Part shown: positions 50,501 through 59,703 of the stretch, piece after piece | Layout of the letters: each line of letters starts with the position of its first letter | Numbering within the stretch: the first letter of the stretch is position 1 | Origin: Hyalangium minutum | Lineage (GTDB): Bacteria > Myxococcota > Myxococcia > Myxococcales > Myxococcaceae | Direction: 5' to 3' | Assembly (NCBI RefSeq): GCF_000737315.1 | Contig: NZ_JMCB01000028.1 | Location: forward strand, 62,001 to 126,000 | Length of the DNA: 64,000 nt | The notes under the pieces: model-generated | Told to the model about the DNA's origin: nothing | Seen by the model: only the letters and a program-made list of their open reading frames with translations | The model's database searches: none | Translations under genes and position numbers: made by a program

Positions 50501-52828
50501 ATCGAGACCTTCACCTACACCATCAGCGACGGGAAGGGCGGCACGGCGACCGCCACCGTCACGGTCACCGTGCGCGGAGACCGCGATGGCGACGGGCTGC
50601 CGGATGACGACGAGCCGGGCCACGGCACCGACCCGAACAATCCGGACACGGATGGTGACGGCATCCCGGACGGCACCGAAGTCCACACGGGCACCGACCC
50701 GACCAAGCCCGACACCGATGGCGACGGCCTGCCCGACGGCAAGGAGGACGAAAACCACAACGGCGTGGTCGACCCGGGCGAGACCGACCCGCGCAACCCC
50801 GACACCGACGGCGGTGGCTTCAATGATGGGGAAGAGGAGGATCGCGGCACGGATCCGCTGAACCCGAACGACGACGTGGAGCGCCGCGTGGTCGGCAGTG
50901 GCTGCAGCAGCTCGGGCAACAGCGGCCTGACGGGCCTCGCGGGGATGATGCTCGCCCTGGTGTTCCTGACGCGCCGGAGCCGCCCGGCGCTCTCCATGGG
51001 CCGCTCGCGGAGCCTCCGCTCCCTGGTGACGCTCGGAGCCGTGGGGGCGCTGACCGCCTCCGGCGCCTCGTGGGCGCAGGGCACCTCGGCCGCCATCGAC
51101 GTGCAGCAGTTCCGGCCCGCCCCGGGCAAGGCCGACGTGCTCGGCCTGCACAGCCCGGGAGTGCAGGGGCACTTGAACTGGCAAGCAGGGCTCTTCTTCA
51201 ACTACGCCCACGAGCCGCTCGTCGTCATCAACCCGGCCAACGCCGACCGGCTGCAGCACCTGGTGCGCAACCAGCTCGGCTTCGACCTGATCGGCTCCAT
51301 CGGCCTGGGCGAGCGCTTCGAGCTGGGCCTCGTGGCCCCGCTCAAGATCGAGCGCGGTGAGTTCGGCGAGCTGCCCACCGGCAACCTGGAGCAGTCGTGG
51401 AAGGGCGGCCTGGGTGACCTCCGGCTCGTCCCCAAGGTGTTACTTCTAGAACGCGACACCCTGCGGCTGGGGCTCGCGGCGCCGATGGTGATGCCCACGG
51501 CGGGCGCCTCGGAGCTTCAGGGCCAGAAGGGGTTTGGGGTGCAGCCGCGGCTCGCGGCGGACTACGCCTTCGAGAGCGGCACCCGGCTGCTGGCCAACCT
51601 GGGCCTCAACGTGCGCAGCCGCCAGGAGCTGAGCAACCTCTCGGTGGGCAATGAGCTGAGCTACAGCGTGGGCGCCGCCATTCCTTTCGAGGTGAAGGAG
51701 CACCCGTTCACCGGCCTCGCCTCGCTGGGCGGTGCCCTGGGCCTGGGCGCCACGGGCGGAGCCAATGAGGAGGAGCGGCCGCTCGAGTTTCAGGCGGGGC
51801 TCCAGACGCGGGTGAGCAAGTCCATCGTGGCCTCGCTGGGCATGGGCAAGGGCCTCACGCTGGGCTACGGCATGCCCGTGTTCCGCGTGTTCACCGGCTT
51901 CTCGTATGCCTTCGAGCAGCCGCCCCGCCCCAAGGACACGGACGACGACGGCTTCCCCGACATCAGCGACGCCTGCCCCCTCGACGCCGAGGACAAGGAC
52001 GGCTTCCAGGACGAGGACGGCTGCCCGGACCTCGACAATGATCAGGACGGTGTCCCCGACACGGCGGACAAGTGCCCGAACGTGCCCGAGGACAAGGACG
52101 GCTTCCAGGACGAGGACGGCTGCCCCGACCCCGACAATGACGGGGACGGCATCGTGGACGGCCAGGACACGTGCGTGCTGGAGGCCGAGGACAAGGACGG
52201 CTTCCAGGACGAGGACGGCTGCCCGGACCTCGACAATGACCAGGACGGCGTCCCCGACGGCTCGGACAAGTGCCCCAACGCGGCCGAGGACAAGGACGGC
52301 TTCCAGGACGAGGACGGCTGCCCCGACCCCGACAACGACCGCGATGGCGTGCCCGACGCGGACGACCTGTGCCCCACGGAGCAGGAGACCATCAACGGCG
52401 TGGAGGACGAGGACGGCTGCCCGGACAAGGGCGAGAGCAAGGTCCAGGTCACCAGCCAGAAGATCGTCATCAAGGAGAAGGTCTACTTCGACACCAACAA
52501 GGACGTGGTGCTGGAGCGCTCCTTCCCGCTGCTGAAGCAGGTGGCCCTGGTGCTCAAGGCCAACCCGCAGCTGAAGAAGGTCCGCATCGAGGGCCACACC
52601 GATGACCGGGCGGATGACGCCTTCAACCTGGACCTGTCCCAACGCCGCGCGGGCAGCGTGCTCAAGTACCTGGTGGAGGTTGCAGGCATCGACCCGAACC
52701 GCCTCATCTCCGAGGGCTTCGGCGAGACACGCCCGGTGGACACCAACAAGACGGCCGCGGGCCGCGAGAACAACCGCCGCGTCGAGTTCGTCATCATCGA
52801 AGTCGAAGGCGACAGCTCGCCGCAGTGA
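47537..52828 (+). CDS. Large surface lipoprotein/adhesin fused to an OmpA-family (TraB-like) module via an internal MYXO-CTERM-like motif
   Basis: LTAC lipobox, Gly-rich domain, two DUF11-like repeats, cadherin-like VND.P repeats, DxDGDG repeats, GSGCSSS-TM-RRSR, barrel, TSP3 repeats, IEGHTD...LSQRRA...NRRVEF. Confidence 0.88.
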   Translation: MHMSRFPLSALLAAVCALLTACGQTSPDTSTPVHQEFALPGSDGDLTLSDGFTVVNQYAVLAADASAGASSIQVTDITQLTSPRSGPLEGGDLVFIIQMQGATIDTSNSPTYGAITSLNSAGFHEFAVVRRVEGNTIHLACAGLQHSYATAGRTQVVRVPQFNNLTIENGAFVQARPWDGQRGGVVVVHVNGVTTLDGTITTTGQGFRGGAVENASRTAPAQVTLYLSGDARDGAEKGESIAGDTTVYDALGGRYGRGAPANGGGGGNSHNAGGGGGANGNNGRPWSGQGVMNASVAGASAWQLDPGYIANGNALTDSSGGGRGGYSAAISNQNALTVGPNNAAWGGDYRAEAGGLGGRPLNNDVTSRLFLGGGGGAGDANNSAANPGGNGGGLVYLVSPTVVGSGTIEANGENAGSTLPAHNDAPGGGGGGGTVVVLSDDLSSIAVEAFGGQGGNQLSITTEAEGPGGGGGGGFIAVSAGAPPLFAHGGLSGTTGSSLLTEFPANGATYGASGQTVRVPNPDPSWLTCAPLDLAVTITDGQTTTLPGATVTYTVTVTNGGPSNATNAPVSVPLPTQASGGSWTCAGAGGATCQAASGTGGISTNVSVPVGGTVTFTFTVNVSLSATGTLVATATVSEPATLTDANLANNTATDTDTILPVADLSVTLTDSADPSPERSPVVYTVQVGNGGPNTANSVTVTFPVPASTTFTSATGAGWSCSQAAGTVTCTLPTLAPGNAPAIAITVQPTITSGTINASVSVSSPTIDQVQANNSDTETTAIVAVNDAPVNTVPGPQTTAEDTSLVFSSARGNALSIFDEDAGSQPVKVTLTVTHGTLTLGSTVGLSFSAGDGSVDATMTFTGSQADINAAIASVTYAPDANYYGSATLTITTDDQGNTGSGGPKSDTDTVAITVTPVNDPPTAVDDAVTMTTITTARPIDVLANDSAAPDDGETLTVITVTQGSRGGTVTIIEGGARVTYQHTPNFSGIETFTYTISDGKGGTATATVTVTVRGDRDGDGLPDDDEPGHGTDPNNPDTDGDGIPDGTEVHTGTDPTKPDTDGDGLPDGKEDENHNGVVDPGETDPRNPDTDGGGFNDGEEEDRGTDPLNPNDDVERRVVGSGCSSSGNSGLTGLAGMMLALVFLTRRSRPALSMGRSRSLRSLVTLGAVGALTASGASWAQGTSAAIDVQQFRPAPGKADVLGLHSPGVQGHLNWQAGLFFNYAHEPLVVINPANADRLQHLVRNQLGFDLIGSIGLGERFELGLVAPLKIERGEFGELPTGNLEQSWKGGLGDLRLVPKVLLLERDTLRLGLAAPMVMPTAGASELQGQKGFGVQPRLAADYAFESGTRLLANLGLNVRSRQELSNLSVGNELSYSVGAAIPFEVKEHPFTGLASLGGALGLGATGGANEEERPLEFQAGLQTRVSKSIVASLGMGKGLTLGYGMPVFRVFTGFSYAFEQPPRPKDTDDDGFPDISDACPLDAEDKDGFQDEDGCPDLDNDQDGVPDTADKCPNVPEDKDGFQDEDGCPDPDNDGDGIVDGQDTCVLEAEDKDGFQDEDGCPDLDNDQDGVPDGSDKCPNAAEDKDGFQDEDGCPDPDNDRDGVPDADDLCPTEQETINGVEDEDGCPDKGESKVQVTSQKIVIKEKVYFDTNKDVVLERSFPLLKQVALVLKANPQLKKVRIEGHTDDRADDAFNLDLSQRRAGSVLKYLVEVAGIDPNRLISEGFGETRPVDTNKTAAGRENNRRVEFVIIEVEGDSSPQ
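51934..52430 (+). repeat. Five TSP type-3 Ca-binding repeats (99-bp period)
   Basis: GAGGACAAGGACGGCTTCCAGGACGAGGACGGCTGCCC at 51989, 52088, 52187 and 52286, plus a divergent fifth unit. Confidence 0.9.
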
Positions 52829-52847
52829 GTCATCTCAGCGGATGAGA

Positions 52848-52875
52848 GACGACAGTCACCATGGTGACTGTCGTC
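52848..52875. repeat. Perfect 28-bp palindrome
   Basis: GACGACAGTCACCA|TGGTGACTGTCGTC with no spacer. Confidence 0.85.
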
Positions 52876-52912
52876 ACCACCCCTACCTGGTGGCTGTAGT
52901 CACCACCTCTGA

Positions 52913-52938
52913 CGAGGGTTTTTCCTCTCAAACCCTCG
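52913..52938. terminator. Hairpin CGAGGGTTT-N8-AAACCCTCG (possible terminator or operator)
   Basis: 9-bp arms in the intergenic region; no clear U-tract. Confidence 0.35.
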
Positions 52939-53055
52939 GAATCATTCAGACTTACCTTGCCCGCATGCCTCCTTCATTTCATGGCATGCGGGCTGCAGTA
53001 GGGGTCCAGCACACAGCGCGGCCAACTCTGGCCGGCTTCTGCAAGGACCCCCGCC

Positions 53056-53754
53056 ATGCGCGTCAACGCTCTCTCCACCCCGGTTGCCTCCCGCCCCACT
53101 GAGACCCAGTCCCTCGTCGCGCAGAAGCCCGCGGTGGAGGCCAAGCCGGCCGAGATTCGCCAGCTGCCCGGCCGCCCGGTGGACAGCTTCTTCGACCCGA
53201 GCCTGCTCAAGCGCCCCGACGCCCAGACGCGCGCCACCCAGGGTGACCAGCTGCACGACATCGCCGACGGCGTGCGCAACGGCTCGCTCACGGAGCAGGA
53301 GGCCCAGAAGCTGCTGGCCGAGCAGCAGAAGATCGCCGACGCCCAGAAGGAGGCCATGGCGGACGGCAAGCTGACGCTGGGCGAGCGCCTCAAGCTGGCC
53401 ATGATGCAGGGCCGCGCCGGGCAGAACATCGACAGCGCCAAGGGCAACTCGGACCGCGACGTGTTCGCCCGCTTCGACAAGGACGCGCAGCGCCAGGCCG
53501 GTCAGATTGACCAGCTGGCCAACGGCCGCACCAGCGGCAACATCACCCACTCCGAGGCCGGGAAGCTGATCGGCCAGCAGGCGGAGATCGCCGGCGCCCG
53601 TAACAACCAGGGGGCACTCTCGGAGCTGGTGACCGGCATGAAGCAGAGCGAGGCGCAGAAGGACCTGGACCGCCACAGCAAGCCGGGCACGCAGTTCGAC
53701 TTCGACATCAAGAACCTTCCGCCGTTCTACATGAAGGCCGCCATCAACGGGTAA
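53056..53754 (+). CDS. Hypothetical helical protein with internally repeated QxxIAxGxxxGxLTxxEA unit
   Basis: QLHDIADGVRNGSLTEQEAQKL and QIDQLANGRTSGNITHSEAGKL; no signal peptide. Confidence 0.7.
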   Translation: MRVNALSTPVASRPTETQSLVAQKPAVEAKPAEIRQLPGRPVDSFFDPSLLKRPDAQTRATQGDQLHDIADGVRNGSLTEQEAQKLLAEQQKIADAQKEAMADGKLTLGERLKLAMMQGRAGQNIDSAKGNSDRDVFARFDKDAQRQAGQIDQLANGRTSGNITHSEAGKLIGQQAEIAGARNNQGALSELVTGMKQSEAQKDLDRHSKPGTQFDFDIKNLPPFYMKAAING

Positions 53755-53811
53755 AGCGGTGGCAGTCCCCGCCGGTTCGCGCCAAGGTGACTCCATCGAC
53801 CAGGAGCCACC

Positions 53812-55071
53812 ATGCCGACCCGGAAGCCCGAGGACTCCACCGCGCCCGTCGCGCCGCCCTCCGACGAAGAGCAGCGAAGGCTCGCCCAGAGCAACAATGC
53901 CTTCGCCGTGGAGCTCTGGCGCCAGGTGAATGGAAGTCCCGGCAACCTCGCGCTCTCGCCCGCGAGCATCACCCTGGCGCTCGCGATGGCCTGGGGCGGT
54001 GCCCGCGGTGAGACCGCGAGCGAGATGAAGCAGGTGCTCCACTTCCAGGGCAGCGCCGATGAAGTCATGGCCTCGGCGGGCCAGCTGCTCCAGGCGTGGA
54101 ACACGAGCACCGGGAACACCGTGCTGCGCGTGGTGAACCGGCTGTTCGGCTCGAAGAGCTACACCTTCGAGCAGCCCTACCTGGACAAGACGAAGGCCAC
54201 CTTCAACGCCCCGCTCGAGCCGGTGGACTTCGACAACGACATCGAGGCCACGCGCGAGTCCATCAACGCCTGGGTGGCGCGGCAGACGGAGGACCGCATC
54301 CAGGGCCTGCTGCCCGAGCGGAGCCTGAGGCCCCGTCTGACGAAGCTCGTGCTCGTCAATGCGGTCTACTTCAAGGCGGTCTGGGCCCACCTCTTCTCGG
54401 AGGACCAGACCGTGAGCGAGCCGTTCTTCGTCACGTCCACGGTGAAGAAGGACGCGGACCTGATGCGCCGCACGGGCAGCTACGCCTATGCCGAGCAGGA
54501 TGGCGTGAAGGTGCTGGAGCTCCCCTATCGGGACGGGGCGTGGTCGATGATCTTCGCCCTGCCGGACGCAGTGGATGGGCTCGCGGAGGTGGAGCGGAAC
54601 CTGTCGAGCGAGGTGCTCAACGACTGGGTCACCGCGCTGCGCACCGAGACCGTGAACGTCGCGCTGCCGCGCTTCGAGGTCAACCCGGAGGCGCCAGTGG
54701 AGCTGGGAGACGCCCTGATGAACCTGGGCATGGCGCGGGCCTTCGACGCGCAGCGGGCGGACTTCACGGCGATGGCGAACCCTCCCAACTCCAGCGAGCG
54801 CCTCCATATCAGCAAGGTCTTCCACAAGGCCTTCGTGAAGGTGAACGAGCAGGGCACCGAGGCCGCCGCCGCCACCGCCGTCGTGATGATGGCGCGGAGT
54901 GCGATGGGCCGGCAGCGCGAGCCTAAGGACTTCCGCGCGGACCACCCGTTCCTCTTCTTCCTGCGCGACAAGGCCTCGGGGATGATCCTCTTCATGGGGC
55001 GCGTCTCCGAGCCGCCGGTCTCCACCGCTCCCAAGCGGAGTGAGCCCAACCTCGCTGGACGGGGGGAATGA
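53812..55071 (+). CDS. Serpin (serine protease inhibitor)
   Basis: NNAFA, NLALSPASI, LVLVNAVYFKAVW, HKAFVKVNEQGTEAAAAT, FRADHPFLFFLRD..SG.ILFMGRV. Confidence 0.95.
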   Translation: MPTRKPEDSTAPVAPPSDEEQRRLAQSNNAFAVELWRQVNGSPGNLALSPASITLALAMAWGGARGETASEMKQVLHFQGSADEVMASAGQLLQAWNTSTGNTVLRVVNRLFGSKSYTFEQPYLDKTKATFNAPLEPVDFDNDIEATRESINAWVARQTEDRIQGLLPERSLRPRLTKLVLVNAVYFKAVWAHLFSEDQTVSEPFFVTSTVKKDADLMRRTGSYAYAEQDGVKVLELPYRDGAWSMIFALPDAVDGLAEVERNLSSEVLNDWVTALRTETVNVALPRFEVNPEAPVELGDALMNLGMARAFDAQRADFTAMANPPNSSERLHISKVFHKAFVKVNEQGTEAAAATAVVMMARSAMGRQREPKDFRADHPFLFFLRDKASGMILFMGRVSEPPVSTAPKRSEPNLAGRGE

Positions 55072-55283
55072 AGGATCCGCGCGACTTCCTCCCCGACGTG
55101 CGTGACGGGCTCACGCGCGCCGAGCGCATCATCCTCCACACCCTGCACCAACTGCAGCAGGAGCGCGGCGAGCGCGGTGTTCCCACGGCCATGCTCTACG
55201 GGCACGTCGTCGAGCACATCAACCTGAGCCCCGCCGAGTTCCAGGAGATCCTCGCTCGGCTCGTGGGCCGAGGGAGCCCGTGA
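55068..55283 (+). CDS. 71-aa protein resembling the GyrA/ParC N-terminal winged-helix region
   Basis: LPDVRDGLTRAERIILHTL versus GyrA LPDVRDGLKPVHRR.LYAM; ATGA overlap with the serpin stop. Confidence 0.7.
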   Translation: MKDPRDFLPDVRDGLTRAERIILHTLHQLQQERGERGVPTAMLYGHVVEHINLSPAEFQEILARLVGRGSP

Positions 55284-55286
55284 GGC

Positions 55287-56375
55287 TCAAGCCGCGCGCA
55301 GCGTGATGACGGCCAGCTCCGGCGGAGCGCCCAGGCGCACCGGAGGCCCCGTGGTGCCCACGCCCCGGTTCACGTAGAGCCACGAGCGCCCTTGCCGGTA
55401 CAGCCCGGCAGTCCAGCGGGTGATCAGCCGCGCCAGCGAGAGCCGGCGAACTCCCGGCACGCCGAGTTGCCCCCCGTGCGTGTGGCCTGAGAGCGTCAGC
55501 TCGACGCCACGGGCCTGCGCCTGCGGAAACAAGTCCGGGTCATGCGCGAGCAGCACGGTGGGCACGCCCTCGGGACGGCCCGCGAGCGCGCGCTCCACGT
55601 CATCGCGCGAGGTCCACGTGTCATCCACGCCGGCGACGTACAGGCGGCCCGCCCCGCGCTTCACCACCACGCCTCGATTGCGCAGCACGGTGAGCCCCTC
55701 GTGCTCCAGGGAGCGGACGATGTGCTCGCCGTCGGTGAAGTAGTCATGATTGCCCATGCAGGCGAATGCGCCGTCCTTCGCGCGCAGGCCTCCGAGCGCC
55801 CGCGCGACGGCCTCGACGTGCGAGGACCCATGGGTGATGAGGTCTCCCGTGACGGTCACCAGATCCAGGTTCAGTGCGTTGAGCCGGGCGACCCAGGAAG
55901 CGACGCGCTCCTCGGGGACATTCGGTCCGCAGTGCACGTCGGAGATCTGGCCGATGCGGTAGCCCTCCAGTTCGGGCGGGAGTCCGGGCACCCGCACCAC
56001 CCGCTTCCGAAGCCGGGGCCGGCCCAGGACGGCATCCACGCCCATGGCGATCGCGATGGCTCCCGCCAGCCCCCAGGCCAAGCCTGTGGGCGCACCAGCG
56101 CGGACAGCCAGCCAAGCAGGAAGCATGAGCAGGTCGAACACCAGACAGGCGGACCACCACCCCAGCGCCAGGTAGGTCGACAACGCGGGCGGCGTGGAGT
56201 GCCAGGGGCTCTGGAGCTGGCGCAGGTACGGTGAGGACACCAGCAGCGCGAAAACCCCAGGCACCGGCGTGTGCGTGAGCCAGGAGAGCACCAGCACCAC
56301 GGGGAGCTGGACGACTGTCACGAGGAGGGCCGCCAGCAGCTGGAAGCGGCTCCGAATGGGGGTTCGTCGGGACAT
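55287..56375 (-). CDS. Membrane-anchored metallophosphoesterase (YkuE/YaeI-like)
   Basis: SDVH, TGDL, GNHD, GHTHGGQ, N-terminal TMs. Confidence 0.9.
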   Translation of the reverse strand: MSRRTPIRSRFQLLAALLVTVVQLPVVLVLSWLTHTPVPGVFALLVSSPYLRQLQSPWHSTPPALSTYLALGWWSACLVFDLLMLPAWLAVRAGAPTGLAWGLAGAIAIAMGVDAVLGRPRLRKRVVRVPGLPPELEGYRIGQISDVHCGPNVPEERVASWVARLNALNLDLVTVTGDLITHGSSHVEAVARALGGLRAKDGAFACMGNHDYFTDGEHIVRSLEHEGLTVLRNRGVVVKRGAGRLYVAGVDDTWTSRDDVERALAGRPEGVPTVLLAHDPDLFPQAQARGVELTLSGHTHGGQLGVPGVRRLSLARLITRWTAGLYRQGRSWLYVNRGVGTTGPPVRLGAPPELAVITLRAA

Positions 56376-56448
56376 GCGAACAGGGATTTAACTCGCTCGC
56401 ATGCCGCTCGCTTTCATCAATGGAGCGGGCCCGCCCGCCCCCTGAGAC

Positions 56449-57420
56449 TCAGGCGTACTGCCGCAGCTCGCGGACGAGCCGATAGGCCCCGAACCCCAGC
56501 GTCGTCACTACGGCGATGCGCCGCACCCACTGCTTGGAGCGCCCGTGGTAACCACCATGCACCGATGTCCCGTGGGAGACAGGGTGGTACAGGTTGCCCT
56601 CGGTCACCGCCTGAGGCGCTTCCTTCAAGTGGGACTTGGCTTGCTTGCGCATCATGCGATCGAAGGTGGCAGGTGCGACGTGGCGGATGGCCCCAAACAA
56701 CGGCGCGGTGGCGCCCACGTAGATCTCCGCCTGCGGCCTCACGAGCATGTCTAGGATGACACCCGCCACCTTCTCGGGTGAATACACGGGTTCGGGCGCC
56801 TTGGCCTCCTTCCCCGTGTAGTTCGCGGCGTGCTCGAAGAGCGGCGTGTCGATGCCCGCGGGCATGACGTTGGAGACGCGCACAGCCGTATCGAGGAGCT
56901 CCTGCCGGACGGCGGAGGAGAATCCGCGCACGGCGTGCTTGCTGGCTGTGTACGCGGAGGCCAGGGCGACGCTGACGTTCGATGCCTCCGAAGAAACGTT
57001 GACGATCACCCCTCCCCGCTCCTGGGTCTTCATCTGCGCAGCCGCCGCGCGGGTGCCGTGGACGACCCCGAAGTAGTTGACGTCCATCAACCGCCGGTAG
57101 ACGTGGATGGGCGTCTTCTCCAGAGAGCCCAGCGCGTAGACGCCCGCGTTGTTCACCCAGCCATCGATGCGCCCAAACGCCTGCACAGCCTGAGTGGCCA
57201 GGGCACTGACTTCATCCTCGTTGGCGACATCGGTCGGGACAACGAGGCACTGAGCGCCTGCCTGCTCGCACTCTTCTTGGAGAGAGCGCAGCGGATCCTC
57301 CCTGCGGGCGGCGAGCACCAGGCGGGCGCCAGCCTTGGCGAGCTGAAGCGCGGTCTCGCGGCCAATTCCACTCGAAGCACCGGTTATGACGATGACTGCG
57401 TCTTTGAGCTTCTTGCGCAT
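56449..57420 (-). CDS. SDR-family oxidoreductase
   Basis: TGASSGIG, NNAG, YTASK. Confidence 0.92.
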   Translation of the reverse strand: MRKKLKDAVIVITGASSGIGRETALQLAKAGARLVLAARREDPLRSLQEECEQAGAQCLVVPTDVANEDEVSALATQAVQAFGRIDGWVNNAGVYALGSLEKTPIHVYRRLMDVNYFGVVHGTRAAAAQMKTQERGGVIVNVSSEASNVSVALASAYTASKHAVRGFSSAVRQELLDTAVRVSNVMPAGIDTPLFEHAANYTGKEAKAPEPVYSPEKVAGVILDMLVRPQAEIYVGATAPLFGAIRHVAPATFDRMMRKQAKSHLKEAPQAVTEGNLYHPVSHGTSVHGGYHGRSKQWVRRIAVVTTLGFGAYRLVRELRQYA

Positions 57421-57482
57421 CACGGTTCCTCACGGAAATTTGCTCAAAGCTGGGGTGCCATGGGTCCACTGGTGAGGGAGGC

Positions 57483-58004
57483 TTGCCACCCTGTCTGCCT
57501 TCTCTTCGAAGGAAAGAGCCCTCGCTCTCGGTCATCCGAGCTCCGGCGAACGGTGCTCCTGTCTCCTTTCCGGGCCGAACTTCCCTAAGGGCATGGCAAC
57601 CACCTCGGCGCGGAGCCCAAGACGAGCTTCACGGTGAATTCCGCATCGACGGGCCCGCCCAGGGGGAGAGCAGCTTCGAACCCACCAGTGGCACGGGGGT
57701 GCAGCAGCCGGGATGGGTTGAGGGCGCTGAAGAGAACTCGCCCGAGAAGATGATCGAGCAGCTGGGCCAGGCGCTCGGCGAGCTGGTCTCCACGCTGGAG
57801 TCGCTGCTCGGCAACAACAGCGCCGCCAACAGCAACGAGGAGGTGTCCGCGGAGAGCGGGGCGTCCGCCAGCGAGCAGGGTGATCCGCTGCAGCAGGTGT
57901 TCGAGATCCTCAAGCAGCTGCTGGGCTCGATCGAGCAGTTCCAGCAGGGCCAGGGCACCGCCTCTGGCACCGGCGCCCTGACCTCGGGGCTCAGCGAGTT
58001 CTGA
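57483..58004 (+). CDS. Low-complexity Gly/Ser/Glu/Gln-rich hypothetical protein (harpin-like C-terminus)
   Basis: GGGAGG RBS before TTG; amphipathic MIEQLGQALGELVSTLESLL and PLQQVFEILKQLL helices; 5' half uncertain. Confidence 0.5.
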   Translation: MPPCLPSLRRKEPSLSVIRAPANGAPVSFPGRTSLRAWQPPRRGAQDELHGEFRIDGPAQGESSFEPTSGTGVQQPGWVEGAEENSPEKMIEQLGQALGELVSTLESLLGNNSAANSNEEVSAESGASASEQGDPLQQVFEILKQLLGSIEQFQQGQGTASGTGALTSGLSEF

Positions 58005-58020
58005 GAGCCTGCATCCTTCG

Positions 58021-58056
58021 TCGCCGCGCTGGGCAAGCTCGCTCCCAGCGCGGCGA
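58021..58056. terminator. Hairpin between convergent genes
   Basis: TCGCCGCGCTGGG/CCCAGCGCGGCGA 13-bp stem. Confidence 0.6.
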
Positions 58057-58069
58057 AGCCGTCACATGC

Positions 58070-59077
58070 TCAGCCGCAGGTCAGATCCGTCTGGCACGTC
58101 TGCCCGCCTGGGCACTGGGAGTCGTCGCTGCAGGAGACGAGCCCCGGAATTTCAACCGCGTGCTCCACCTCAGAGGAGACGATGAGGTCCACGCGCCCAG
58201 GAACGATCGTCGTGGAGCCCACCGCCTTGCGCGTCACGACGACGCTCGGATAGCCCGCGACCCCGAGGTTGAGCAGCTGGGTGACCAGCGCGGCAGGCAG
58301 CTGCAGGGAGCCGGTGTCCGCCGCATCGCACTCGAGCATGCCCCGAGTGCCTCCGTGATGGCTGATGTCCAGCTTGACGTGGATCTTCGACAGGTCCGCC
58401 TGGCCGGGCGCCGTCCAGCTCAGGTTCACCGGCTGGTCCTGCTGCAGGGTGATGGTGTCATTGAGGAGCTGGAGCGGAGCAATGCCCCGGGCCTGCAGGG
58501 AGAAGGCGGAGTAGACGCCGCCCGCAGCGTCGAACCGGATCGTGCCTCCCTCGCTGAAGGCCGGGTAGGGCAGCTCCGCGCTCACCGGGGGCTGGTAGTT
58601 GTTGACGACCGGATCCCTCGAGAACTCGGTGGCTCCCGCCGCCGTGCGAACACCCTGCACTTGAACGGTGCCGACGCTCTGCGACTTCGGATAGGCCTGG
58701 CACGTGTCGTTCTCGACGCAGACGGCGCTCCCGCCACAGGGCGTGTTGCAGAAGGGAACTCGCGGGGTCAGCAGCTGGCAGTCCCCAGACTGAGCCGCCT
58801 TCTCCCAGAGGAGCTGCGAGGGCGAGGCACCGTCGTAGACCTTGCCCACCACCGCCGTGTAGCCCGGCGTCCCCGACGCGGGCACGGGTGGCACCAGCCG
58901 CACCTGGAAGGAACCGGCCAGGATGTTGGGGTCACCCGGGGGATCCGTCACGCCCGCATCCGGGTCAGGCGTCTCTTCCTCCGAGGAAGAGGAACACCCC
59001 GCCAAGAGGAGTCCCAGGGTCACCAGAACCGCAGTGGTGGCAGGAAGCGGGCAGCGAAAGGCACGAGAAGTGCTCAT
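58070..59077 (-). CDS. Cys-rich myxobacterial lipoprotein
   Basis: LAGC lipobox, CNTPCGGSAVCVENDTC, C-terminal CSDDSQCPGGQTCQTDLTC. Confidence 0.8.
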   Translation of the reverse strand: MSTSRAFRCPLPATTAVLVTLGLLLAGCSSSSEEETPDPDAGVTDPPGDPNILAGSFQVRLVPPVPASGTPGYTAVVGKVYDGASPSQLLWEKAAQSGDCQLLTPRVPFCNTPCGGSAVCVENDTCQAYPKSQSVGTVQVQGVRTAAGATEFSRDPVVNNYQPPVSAELPYPAFSEGGTIRFDAAGGVYSAFSLQARGIAPLQLLNDTITLQQDQPVNLSWTAPGQADLSKIHVKLDISHHGGTRGMLECDAADTGSLQLPAALVTQLLNLGVAGYPSVVVTRKAVGSTTIVPGRVDLIVSSEVEHAVEIPGLVSCSDDSQCPGGQTCQTDLTCG

Positions 59078-59159
59078 CGCGCCAAGACTTCGCCTCAGTC
59101 CTTAACCATTCATGAAGCGTTGATTTCGAAGGATTACGAGAGGACGCCACCCAGGCGGC

Positions 59160-59543
59160 TCAGCCCGCGGTGTTGGGGAAGTGCGGGTTCTCGATGATGC
59201 CAAGCACGTTTCCAAACGGATCCTTCACCGTGGCCACGCGGATGCCGCCGCCCACGTCTCGCACCTCGCTGACGGCCGTGGCGCCCTGCTCCAGCAGGCG
59301 GGCCCAGGCCCGGTCCGCGTTCTCCACGCCCCAGTAGGCCACGCCTCCCTCGGCGCCCGGCGGCTGGGCCGAGGTGTCCGGATCCAAGCCCAGCTCGAAG
59401 CCGCCCACGTTGAAGCCCACATAGAAAGGCTCATCGAAGTAGGGCGCGGCTCCCAGCACCGTGCTGTACCAGGACTTGGCTTTTGCCAGGTCCTTCACCG
59501 GGTAGATGACAGTCCGCAGGCCGAGGAAGTGTGGAGTGCTCAT
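59160..59543 (-). CDS. VOC/glyoxalase-family protein
   Basis: YPVKDLAKAKSWYS, YWGVENAD, DVGGGIRVATVKDPFGNVLGIIE. Confidence 0.9.
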   Translation of the reverse strand: MSTPHFLGLRTVIYPVKDLAKAKSWYSTVLGAAPYFDEPFYVGFNVGGFELGLDPDTSAQPPGAEGGVAYWGVENADRAWARLLEQGATAVSEVRDVGGGIRVATVKDPFGNVLGIIENPHFPNTAG

Positions 59544-59703
59544 AGGTCTGCCCTGTCTATCTCACTGGGGCGGACCCGACCCAGGGGGTTCGGCATCAAT
59601 ATAGAGCCCTCCCCGAAAGGGCGCCTGTACGCACGCGAAGTGAATCTGCCATCATCTTGAGATACCTGAATACCTCGCAACCGAGGACCAAGGAGGAAGG
59701 CTG

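Noticed and set aside
51934-52430. Regularly spaced 38-nt direct repeats resembling a CRISPR array
   Set aside because: In-frame TSP3 coding repeats with a 99-bp period and homologous 'spacers'; no cas genes in the window
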